Shown: one piece after another, positions 1 to 9,964 of the stretch | How positions within the stretch are numbered: the first letter of the stretch is position 1 | How the letters are laid out: each line of letters begins with the position of its first letter | Assembly: GCF_033153115.1 (NCBI RefSeq) | Contig: NW_026889778.1 | Coordinates: 5,580,001 to 5,644,000, forward strand | DNA: 64,000 nt | Direction: 5' to 3' | Source: Saccostrea echinata | Lineage: Eukaryota | Position numbers and translations under genes: made by a program | Notes under the pieces: model-generated | What the model saw: only the letters and a program-made list of their open reading frames with translations | Database searches by the model: none | What the model was told of the DNA's origin: nothing

Positions 1-2
1 GA

Positions 3-287
3 AAACAAAAATTAGGCTTAGGATGGACGGGTCCTTACGAAATTGTAAGGAAACTATCTGATATTACAGTTGAAATAAGAGACTGTAAAAGTTCTAAACT
101 CAAAATTGTTCATATTGATCATCTTAAATTGTTCAAAATAAATGAAACAGAATCTCAGAGTGAATATTCTCAGTTGTATTCGGACAAAAACTCTGTATCT
201 GATGACAGTGTTGAAGACATGATAGAAACGCAGTGTTTCACAAGAGCAGGAAGACTTGTAAAACCCCCGTCCAGATTTTCCCCATAA
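3..287 (+). CDS. C-terminus of Gypsy Pol (integrase GPY/F region), 5'-partial
   Basis: Frame 3 reads KQKLGLGWTGPYEIVRKLSDITVEIRDCKSSKLKIVHIDHLKLF...TRAGRLVKPPSRFSP*; WxGPY, VHxDxLK and TRxGRxVKxPxR are typical Gypsy integrase tail motifs; stop TAA 285-287. Confidence 0.88.
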   Translation, partial: KQKLGLGWTGPYEIVRKLSDITVEIRDCKSSKLKIVHIDHLKLFKINETESQSEYSQLYSDKNSVSDDSVEDMIETQCFTRAGRLVKPPSRFSP

Positions 288-374
288 ATAAGCATTTTTT
301 TAAGAAGGGAGGGGGGGGGGGTATGTCTGTGTTATAAATAGTTTATAGTATTTCTTTTTATTTTATTTTAAAGG

Positions 375-1278
375 ATGGACTTTGAAGATTTTACTTTAGA
401 TCTCCTGGTGGATGATAAAGAAATGGACTTCTTAGAAGACGCCCCTGTCTTTGCACCTCTAAGTTCTGAGACATCAAAGAACATTGAGTTCTTTTTCTCA
501 TCTGACATGACTTGTCCTGTGGATGGATGTCCTCCAGCAGACTTTCAATACAAAGGCCAAATTTCAACGACACTGGATGGAGAAGCATCTCCCAGAGGTC
601 ATATCCTATTCATGCCCAGTAGTCAACTGCAAGGTCGCCTGCCGTAGACGGTATGATATGAAAGTTCATCTACTTCGCGTCCATGGGACCAGCAAAGGAT
701 TTGTGGAAAGTATTCTTTCCAAGAGTCAGAAAACATCAAGACCCAATGCATCTTTCATTCATCCTGGAAGTTACACATTCTACGGCAGGACCAGACCACC
801 TGTGGCTAAGGATGCTCTTCCTCCAGTGCCGTTGACTTCTACATCTGTGCCTGTGGCCTTATCCTCCTCTCCTGTGGTGCCTGATGAGGTTCCCCTTTCC
901 GTTTCTGATGTGTTGGAACCACCTACCAAGAAGACCCTCACAGTTCAGGAGTACCTCTCTCGACCAGTGTCCTCGATTCTGCGACCTCTCCATGTTTCTA
1001 CCCAGACCAGGTGCCAGGATTTCCCTCCTTTTTCTCTTCCTGACGTCCCTGAGACGCAAGAAGAAATCCTAGCTTACATTCATTGGTTAGACAGCCTTTT
1101 CAACTCTATCAATCTCAAGAGGAAAACGGCCGAGGAAAAACTTGCGTGTTTGAAGACTACTTCCTCTGAACTTCTCGTGGAAAGGGAGAAAAGACGCAAA
1201 CTGGAGGCCGAGAACCTGCGCCTGCGGAAGGAACTGGCGGACCTCAAAGCTGTTAATCTTTTGTTTCCTGAACTGTGA
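375..1278 (+). CDS. Extra retrotransposon ORF: 2x C2H2 zinc finger, Pro/Ser-rich linker, basic coiled coil (about 300 aa when the +1 frameshift at about 534 is removed)
   Basis: ORF 375..647 gives ...MTCPVDGCP and ORF 523..1278 continues QQTFNTKAKFQRHWMEKH, completing finger 1; finger 2 is CPVVNCKVACRRRYDMKVHLLRVH; C-terminus EREKRRKLEAENLRLRKELADLK has heptad leucines. Confidence 0.75.
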
Positions 1279-1613
1279 GGTATTGTTTCTTTCCATCATC
1301 CTTTCATCTGTGCTTGTGATTTAGAGACTGTATCTGGTGATCTGTAACTTGCAGATTTGTTTTGTAAACTGTAATTGTAATGAAATAATTTCAAATCCTT
1401 TGTATTATAATGATACATGTACATGTTTTATATTATGTATAATATGGACTGTTAATTGAATATCGAATATTCTTTGTTGCCAAATATGATGTTGTTACAT
1501 ATTGTTATGTATTGCAATGAATGCTTATAGCTGTTATAAAAAATTACTATCTTTATACTTATGTACTTGACTAATGTATGTGTCGCATACATTAGGTCTT
1601 AAGAAGGGGAGAG

Positions 1614-2062
1614 TGTAATGGTGGATGATTTAATTATAGTATCTATATATGTTATTAAATCTTTGTTATTTATTACAATGTATCTAGTCACGTATTAAAA
1701 TGAATAATTATTGTAATATTGTGTTGTGTAACATTATACTATTATTATATTATTATTATACTACATTTAATGTCGGGTTCGTTGCCGACTTTGCGCGTGT
1801 GTCAGGCCGTTCGGGACAACGTCTGGACGTCTGTTAACGGCCTGACCACCGTGACGTTCGCAACGGCCAGATTAGATCAGTGCTAGACTGAGACAAGCTG
1901 CGAGTAGGTATCCACCATCCCCTAGACTTGTAATATTGTTAATTGTAACTTATTTATTTATTTATTTCATTTAATAAACCTTTGTTAACCTTTAAAAATG
2001 CGTTTCTCTCTGTAAATCACTGAATCTGGATTAACATGGAAACGTACAGGTTTCCCGTTACA
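1614..2062 (+). repeat. 3' LTR (449 bp)
   Basis: TGTAA...TTACA inverted termini, preceded by PPT, AATAAA at 1973-1978, internal 11-bp inverted repeat GTCAGGCCGTT 1801-1811 / AACGGCCTGAC 1836-1846. Confidence 0.85.
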
Positions 2063-2227
2063 TATGTATATATATATAAAGAGATAAAGAAGATATGTTC
2101 CGTGGATCAATCAATACAGTGATATCATGCATATCTTTTGTATCTGAATTCGAATAATTATTATTCTGACTTGAGAACACATTTGTCGGTCTATTCAGTT
2201 GAATCAATCAGTTTTCTGTGGTTCATT

Positions 2228-3578
2228 ATGGCGTGTAAAACGTTGCATTATTATACTTTTTTTTGTTATTATTCAAAGAATTTATTATTGTTATTCTAAA
2301 ACATATCAAAAACATATCATTCCTATTCGAAAAAATGAGATTCCTAGTCCATGATTTGTCATTTCTATTCGATGAATTGTTATTCCTACTGGAAGAAATT
2401 TGATTCCTAATGTGAATTCACCATGCATCGGACACCCTCGCACTTCAACAAGTTCTAGCGATATTGCTACCGACTGAATATTATCAAAATGTAACTTAAC
2501 ATGTAGTATGTGGTTAAAATATAAATTTTTGACACAATCGTATGCTCTTTATTGAGAAAATATCATTAAAACCCGATTTTTTTCGTATTTTCACTTAAAA
2601 TTTAGAGTTTTTATTTTGTATTTCCGTAAAAAACAGCTATCACTTGGGTTTTATATTAAAATGGAAGTGATTACCCATGCATCGGAAAGTGTCCGATGCA
2701 TGGTTAATTTGTGTCCGATGTACGGAGAAATAAACATACTAGTAAAAAACAACTCTAAAAACTATTATACAAACATTGAAGTAAAATTTTCGAAAATTTT
2801 CTGTAAAATTATCAATCATTGACAAATTTTACCTAGGTTCGACTCGTTCCGTTGAAGTCTATTTATAAGAGCGACAACTCTAAAAATTGCAAAATCGTAA
2901 AATTTTGGTTACTCCCTTTTGATGATGCAAAATATGACGTAATTTCAAGGCCATTCTTGTGGTATTTTTTATCACAACATGGAAATAAAAATCGGCATCA
3001 TTAAAAAGTTTAAATCTTCACCTTTTAGACAGAAACAAGTAAAAACACGGGGAGACTCAGGTTCAATGAAAGTTTATTGCTTAAAGTTGTCCGAAGCAAG
3101 GTATGTGTCCGATGCATGGTTAACTCACCCTATTCAAAAACATATCATTCATATTGGAAAACATGTGTTTCCTATTCGATAACATGTCATTCATATTCGA
3201 ATTACAAGAATATCGCATAGAAATTGTATGTTTTCGAATAGGAATAATATGTTTTTTCAATAGGAATAATATGTTTATCGAATATAAATCTTTTAATTAT
3301 CGAATAAGAATGACAAAATTGTCGAATAGGAATCACATGATTTCAAAGAGGAATAACAAATTATCGAATAGGATTTACATGTTTTCGAATTAGAATAACA
3401 ACTTATCGAATAAGAATGATAATTTATCGAATAGAAGTCACATTTTTTCGCATAAGAATAACAACTTTTTGAATAGGAATCACATTTTATCGAAAAGGAA
3501 TGATACGGTTTAGAATAACAAAATTTTTGAATAGGAATAACAAAAAAAGTATAATAATACAACGTTTAACACGTTCAT
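2228..3578. mobile_element. Non-autonomous TIR/foldback element with subterminal short repeats
   Basis: Left ATGGCGTGTAAAACGTTGCATTATTATACTTTTTTT is the near reverse complement of right AAAAAAAGTATAATAATACAACGTTTAACACGTTCAT; internal TTCCTATTCGA / TCGAATAGGAA repeats in mirrored orientation. Confidence 0.75.
2410..3130. mobile_element. MITE nested in the foldback element, TA target duplication (Tc1/mariner-type)
   Basis: TIR core ACCATGCATCGGACAC / GTGTCCGATGCATGGT; TA at 2408-2409 and 3131-3132; removing it restores the host repeat TTCCTATTC. Confidence 0.75.
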
Positions 3579-4649
3579 GTACATAATGCTAGAGTAATTT
3601 TACATCTTGAACGATTATTGTTTGAAAGCACTACCCAATTCAGTGCAATACCGACGGTAGAAATTGTTTTCACTTTTCACTAAGGACATACCAGTATATG
3701 AAATCAATGATTTTTTTTAATCACGTTTACCCCTTTATCCGGTGGATATCCCTCTTTAGATATTTTTTTTCTTTATATCCATCACCTTGTATTCGACAAC
3801 GCCTCTTGACATGGGTGTGCATTTGTAAACATGGAAGATCTAGTTAGAATAAAAAATAACAGATTCTACTTTCAAAAGACAATTTTGTCTTTATTTCAGT
3901 ACACACAAATTATATATTATAAAGATGAAAATACTTAGTTCGACATTTTCATCTTCAACAAGTTGTATCTGTTATTCTTCCCCAGGATAAATTTTCGGAG
4001 ACAACAAAGTATTGATGACCGGAAATCATTGCTGCTAATTTAAATGGAGCAAATAATGTATTTAGTTGCATCATCTTGATCTAATATGATGTTAAGAATA
4101 CATGAATTGATTCCATACTGAGTTTAAAGCGTAGATTTCAGTTTATTTTAAATTAAAGGAGCCCCTTTACAATTATGAATTTTTCTGGGACATTGAGGAA
4201 TGTATTGACTGATGAGAAATGCGACTTATGGAGTTCCGGTAAGGACGGGTGTACAGCAGAGGTTGGTATAGACAACTCAGTAAAAATGTGGCAGTGTGGT
4301 ATAGTGCCAACTTTCAATTCTAAAAAGGATGTTACAACTTTAGAACTATGCTAAAGCTATATTGCAGTATGTTATTATTGTTGTTTACTGTTTGTTGGAC
4401 ATATGGATATGTTCGTGTAGTGTTGTGACGATTACAGAGTTCATCATCGTGTATAGAACAGTACATAGAGATATCTTGCTAGTATTTTAAACTTTTTATA
4501 ATTAAACTTTTTATTCAAAGTGGTCAGGAATCAAAATAAATAGGTATAATGCCAAAGTGCATCTGCTTTTGTTGGTGTTAGTGATAAAAGATTGGTATAA
4601 AACAATCTGAGACGAGGTCTTGAAAAACATAATTGCGGATCTAAAGTTC

Positions 4650-5016
4650 ATTAAGAAAAGAGTGAAATGAAATATAGAGATAACGAACAGTATCCAAGCT
4701 CAAAAGTCCATTGAAACAATACAAATCGGGAACAGAGCAAACACGGACCTCTAAAACATCAGAGGTGGGATCAGGTGCCATGGAGGAGTAAACAGTCATA
4801 ATCGGGCAAACGTTTAGGAATCCAGTATAGGTATAGTAATTCAAATTCATGTTGATTGTTGGGAATATTAAAAATATATAAAACTGACATAATTTTGAAG
4901 AATTTCCTCATTAGAAATTGAGATGTGGTTAAAGTTGGATTACCACTTGTAGAATTAAAATCCTGTTCCCCTAATATACAATAAAAATAATAAGTCTTAC
5001 AAACGAAAATGATGAA
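4650..5016 (-). mobile_element. Internally deleted Penelope-like element relic (RT N-region fused to 3' UTR)
   Basis: Minus strand IIFVCKTYY...NSTSGNPT...YLYWIPK matches 10015-10215; adjacent 4660-4815 matches the 3' UTRs at 33200-33400 and 62820-63000. Confidence 0.75.
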
Positions 5017-6001
5017 TTGAAAACAATTGCCAATGCCATTGTAAGAGAATCTCAGAACACAAAAAGAAATGGAGGACATTTATGAAGAAGAATTGAGAAT
5101 ACTACACGAAACTATTGAGAGACAGAAATCCGAAATAGAAAAATACTCTACGAAGAAATAATGAAATCAGCATTAGCTTAACCAAAAAGAAAAAGAACTC
5201 TTTGATTCGCCTCAGTGACGATGTCACCTACTTAAATAGCAAACTCTTAAAGGATGTCGACCTGCTCGAAAACTCTCGGTTCAAGACTGTATTTTACTTA
5301 AATGGTGAAGTGGGGAGCAAAAATGTTATGTTTTTTAACATTTGTGATGACGTTGAAGAAAAAAATGATCTTAGATACGAGTAGGAGTGAGACCACTCTC
5401 TTTTCGGAAATTCTAGGTGTTCGACGCACAGGTTTTGTATATAATTACCTTAAAGCTGAACACGATTAATAGAAGGAAGAGAGTAATCTTTGTCCGCCAT
5501 ATTTTTCTTCTCTATACTGTCCCTCAGCTTTGTTTAAGGTTCAATGTATTTCGCTTTACAGATTTTACCTGAACTGACGTCTCCTTCATTTTTATTATGA
5601 TATACTTGGGTGCGACAAAAAATTCAGCACGCACTAAATTTTAAAGAATCTGGTAAATACAGGAAGTTCCTTATAATTATTCAGCCATCCCAGTCTAGTG
5701 CAGAAATGCCCGTTTCGGGAGCGGAGATTCAGGAATTATCTTGTGTCAGCCATGTTTTGACATGAACATCAGAATACAGATACGACACCCACAACATGAT
5801 TTGGTGATTGGTTTGTTTAAATTGCCAGTGCAAGCAACTAATTAGATAATTGTTATATGTTCTCTTCATGTTATCTTTTTCTTTTGTTCCTTAATTTTCT
5901 TCCTTCTCTTAACATTTTTTTTCAGAATAAGAGTCATATACCCAAATCTTACAGCATGGAGTCTAGTGGGAGTCAATATTCTACACGGATATTTTGTTTT
6001 A

Positions 6002-8590
6002 ATGGACGTTAAAATATTATCAATTCATTGTCAAGGCTTTGGTGATCTTGCGAAACGTAGAGATGAGATTTTTTATGACTTATTTTATTACTTCAAAACG
6101 CTTAAATATTTATACAGTTTAAAACACTTAATTTTTCATTAGAAGATGAGAATGAGGTGAGACTTTTGTGCGGTGATCATTTTTTTTAACCCATTATTTG
6201 TTACCGAGTTAGATTATTATAGCAAGCATGTAAACAATCCAAAGATTAGATTTAAATGACTGAAAAGCATGGAGGGAAATGACTACATATAGATCCCTTT
6301 AGACGACTACATAAAAAAGCTAGAAGATACTCATGGCATACGGAAAAAAATCTTTAAACAGAATTGATTTTTTTAATCTCAAAATCAATATTGTCGTGCT
6401 TAAATAAATGTAACATTGAATTTCGCTAAAGATCAGTTCACTCCATGATTTCTTTGGTGTTTACATTTTATTAATTTTAAAATGGCGAGATTTCTATAAT
6501 TTATTCATAGATACAGAGCACGTTGAGTGTATTAAAGAGGTTAACCATAAGGTTAAAATGCAAAATGGAGTACCAGTTTATGATAAAAAGTGTATAGACT
6601 CTATTAATGGAAATTAGGGGGGGGGGTACATATTCATTTTTAAAAAAGGAAAACGACAACACAGAAAAGAAATTTATAGAGCAAATAAAGGATTTGGAAG
6701 GAAATATTACAGAGTTTAGTCTTTTGGAATTAGAAAACAACACTTTGGAAACATAAGAAAAAAAAATCAAGGTATATGTACACTGTATAAGAAGCGGGAC
6801 ATGGTGGGTAGAAGAAGGAGGAAAAAACCATAAATTATTTCTGTTCTCTAGAATCTAGGAAATATACTAGTAAAGTAAAACCTATTTTAGAATTAGACAC
6901 AGGAGAGATAATCCATGATCAAGCAGAAGTTTTAGAGGGAACAGAGAATTTTATGAGAAATTGTATATCAAATCTGCTCTAAGTCAAAACTTGAAAAAAA
7001 TTTGATTCTGATCTTGATTTTGATGATATTAAAAATTAAATTTAACACATGCAGAAGCTGAAAAATTGGAAGTTTTTTGACCTTACAAGAGATTTCAATC
7101 ACTCTTAGCAAATTGAAGTCAGATTAATCACCGGATGGTTTTTTAAAGTCTTTTGGAAAAACCTTGAACATGTTGTTATCAGATCACCTAACTATGCATA
7201 CAAGAATAAACTTCTCTCTATCACTCAATGACATGATTTGATGCCCAATTACGGTTTTAAATACTTTTTTTACAAAATTGCATCAGATACTTTTGCTAAG
7301 AGAATAAAAATATATCTAGATAAACATCATTAGTGATCAATCAGACTTTATTTCGAATAGGTATATAGGAAAAAATATATATTTGATTTATATTATGCAT
7401 TACACAGAGGAGGAAAATGTAGGCTTACTGTTATTTATTGACTTTGAGAAAGCCTTTCAAACCATTTCAGAGATTTTCATTCAGAACTACCTGCAATTTT
7501 TCAAATTTTGGCCCTCAATACAAAAATTAGATTGCAGAGAAGGAGATCATCTATCACCATTGTCGCAATTCATGTCCATAATTGTTTCCATATACATTGT
7601 ATTTTTATTAGTATACTATATATCTAATATTTATTGCCCAATATGTTCTCCATACTTTTAAGCTTGTTTAGCAGGTTTTACCAGGCGATTCAAAATCTCA
7701 TGCTTTGAGAAATCAAATTGAGCGTAGCAATTGACCAGAGCATTCGTGGTTAAGACAGCTCAAGATTTTCCCTATATGTATATATCATCTTAATTGACCA
7801 GAGGTATACCTTTTCTGAGTAAGTTTAGTTTATTTACTATTATTGGTTATTTGGTTTATGGCCGGTTCTATTCCTGAAATGGCCACAGAACTTTGTTTTC
7901 ATTCGTAAGTCAGATTTAAAGTAGCATTCGCTCATGTAATGTATATATATTATAAGTAAAATTATAAGTGTATGAGCATATGTATAATATAGACATAGTG
8001 TTGTATGTACAAAGTGTGGCGTATAGTATTCGTTTCAAAGTTAAGTTATTCTCTACAAGTACTATACCAAGTCCACATGTGAACGTACATGTACTGTAAA
8101 GTCTTGAAATGTAGTCAAGTGTATATAGTGAGTAGGAAAAATTTAGAAAATTACAACTAAGTAAATGTACGGGAAAATGTGAAAGTATGAGCAAAGTATA
8201 TTATGTATATATCTAACTTTGATTCATATTACAGGTCCCATTAAGCTGTTTAGGTCAATGTTGAGTGCCATCAAAGAGAACGCGTGTGTTTGTATGAAAT
8301 ATAAATAAAGAACTCTATTTAACAACACTGACTTGTAATTATTAGAAGCCGCCAGCCACCCTGTGACAACCATTTATCTTTCTAAATTGTGAGAAATTTT
8401 AGCAATTTTGATCAGAAAAAATAAAATGCAAGGGTATCCCTCTAAAGAATATGGAAACGTAATTATCACAATTAGCAGATAATACTTCAAATCTGTAAGA
8501 TGGTAGAAAAAAATCATAAACAGAAGTAGTGAAAACATTTAAAAACCTCTTAGAAATGACTGAGTTTCATATCCTTTGTTCAAAATTCCA
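6002..8590 (+). mobile_element. Heavily decayed L1/Tx1-clade LINE ORF2 (APE endonuclease + RT)
   Basis: Fragments MDVKILSIHCQGFGDLAKRR (APE start), RSGTWWVEEGGK..LESRKY, FYEKLY, SPDGF, LLFIDFEKAF, CREGDHLSP (GCRQGDPLSP), LSQLADNT (QYADDT); many stops and frameshifts. Confidence 0.8.
7561..8368 (+). mobile_element. Solo LTR (808 bp) with 5-bp TSD, BEL/Pao-like, inserted in the LINE RT
   Basis: TGTCGCA...TGTGACA termini; perfect ACCAT duplication at 7556-7560 and 8369-8373; AATAAA 8304-8309; LINE motif LSP|xL resumes after it. Confidence 0.82.
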
Positions 8591-8599
8591 GGCAAAACT

Positions 8600-9175
8600 A
8601 AACCGCTTTAGTTCCAAGTCAAGTAATTGTTTGCTTAGGAACCGACTGGATTATTCAAGATACAAAAAATCCAGTACAAGATATCCACAGTTTGAACTTT
8701 GAAAGAAAAGTAAATAAGTTAAATATATTTGGGGTTTTTTTTATCATTTGGATGCATTAAATTATGCTAGCTAGATGATACAAATTTCGTGCTTTATTAA
8801 GAAATGCAATTAGTGCGTCCTAANNNNNNNNNNNNNNNNNNNNNNNNNNNNNNNNNNNNNNNNNNNNNNNNNNNNNNNNNNNNNNNNNNNNNNNNNNNNN
8901 NNNNNNNNNNNNNNNNNNNNNNNNNNNNNNNNNNNNNNNNNNNNNNNNNNNNNNNNNNNNNNNNNNNNNNNNNNNNNNNNNNNNNNNNNNNNNNNNNNNA
9001 TTTCATTTATTTAATTCATCGGCTTAATTATGAGTGTACACATATCATTTTAGTTTTCTGGACATAGAAAACTATCATTTCTTATATTCAAGGTTTTAAC
9101 ATTAATGATTATAAGAAAACTTTCATCAACTGATTTACAATATCAACAATTTACAGATTTATACCTTTAAGTGCT
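8600..9175 (+). repeat. Duplicated segment homologous to the upstream region of the B-box/NHL copies (16820-17240), spanning an assembly gap
   Basis: AACCGCTTTA..CAAGTCAAGTAATTGTTT..AGGAAC.GACTGGATTATTCAAG and TCATCGGCTT..TATCATTTT..ACAGATTTAT shared with 16820-17230. Confidence 0.7.
8824..8999. other. Assembly gap (176 N)
   Basis: Run of N. Confidence 1.
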
Positions 9176-9964
9176 CTAATTTCTCATTAAGAAAAACTTG
9201 AACTTTGTATAGGACACATAGATTGCATTTATATTTCAAATAAAGTATACTGAGCATGCTCTATGAAAGCAATATTCAGGTTATGTTAGGAAAGACAAGT
9301 CCCTTTTCTAGCTAAGGAAGCTTTTGTATGAATTCTATATAGGTCTGTTTGAGGTGAGTATTGCATTAGAATCCAAATATTATCTGAATGATGTTTTTCA
9401 TTATTATTTTTTCTTCTGCATTTTACAAATAAACTTGGTATCTTGATAAGGCAACCATTGTTTTAAAAAATAAGATCATTATCGCCATCCGATAAAATTA
9501 ATCAGATATGACCTCAGTAAAATATCTTTTAACTAGGTAATAACAGTTTATATTAATAGTTCGACCTAGATCTAACAGAGAAGTATCAGAGTCATGACCT
9601 TTATTGTGTTGCTTATAATTGTCTACGGGTCATTACCCTTACTTGATGAGACACCCTTATGAATACAATTAGTCTAATTTTCATCATGTTCAGGGAAGGG
9701 TCACACACTTTCTTTAATGTGATACCTTAATGTCTATAAATGTCTTACTTTATGATTCCTATACATGTAAAAGCAACAGAACTTAATATGATGTGCCACC
9801 CTAATCTCTACTCACTCTTTTGTTATTCTTTCTTTTATTCAAAGACTATGTTTTAAATCACATATTTAATGACACCTGTCTGATTGATTGAGTATTAAAT
9901 TGGTATCATATATAATCCATATTTATTCAGTTCTAGATTAGTGCTGCTTTGAACTGAAAAAAGA

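Larger units (their letters stand above)
1..2062 (+). mobile_element. 3' part of a Ty3/Gypsy LTR retrotransposon (integrase tail, extra ORF, PPT, 3' LTR); 5' part lies outside the window
   Basis: GPY/F integrase motif ORF ending at 287; PPT AAGAAGGGGAGAG 1601-1613 directly followed by a TGTAA...TTACA LTR at 1614-2062. Confidence 0.88.

Noticed and set aside
523-1278. Retroviral-type env gene
   Set aside because: No signal peptide, furin cleavage site or transmembrane helix; has C2H2 fingers instead.
4768-4780. GATCAGGTGC resembling the pistol ribozyme cleavage strand
   Set aside because: It is antisense to the element, and the pseudoknot and other conserved pistol nucleotides are not present.
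5020-5384. Coiled-coil-like peptide fragments (MEDIYEEELRILHETIERQKSEIEK)
   Set aside because: Short, interrupted by stops, no recognisable family or clear splice structure.
8797-9067. ORFs spanning poly-X
   Set aside because: Artefacts of the N gap.
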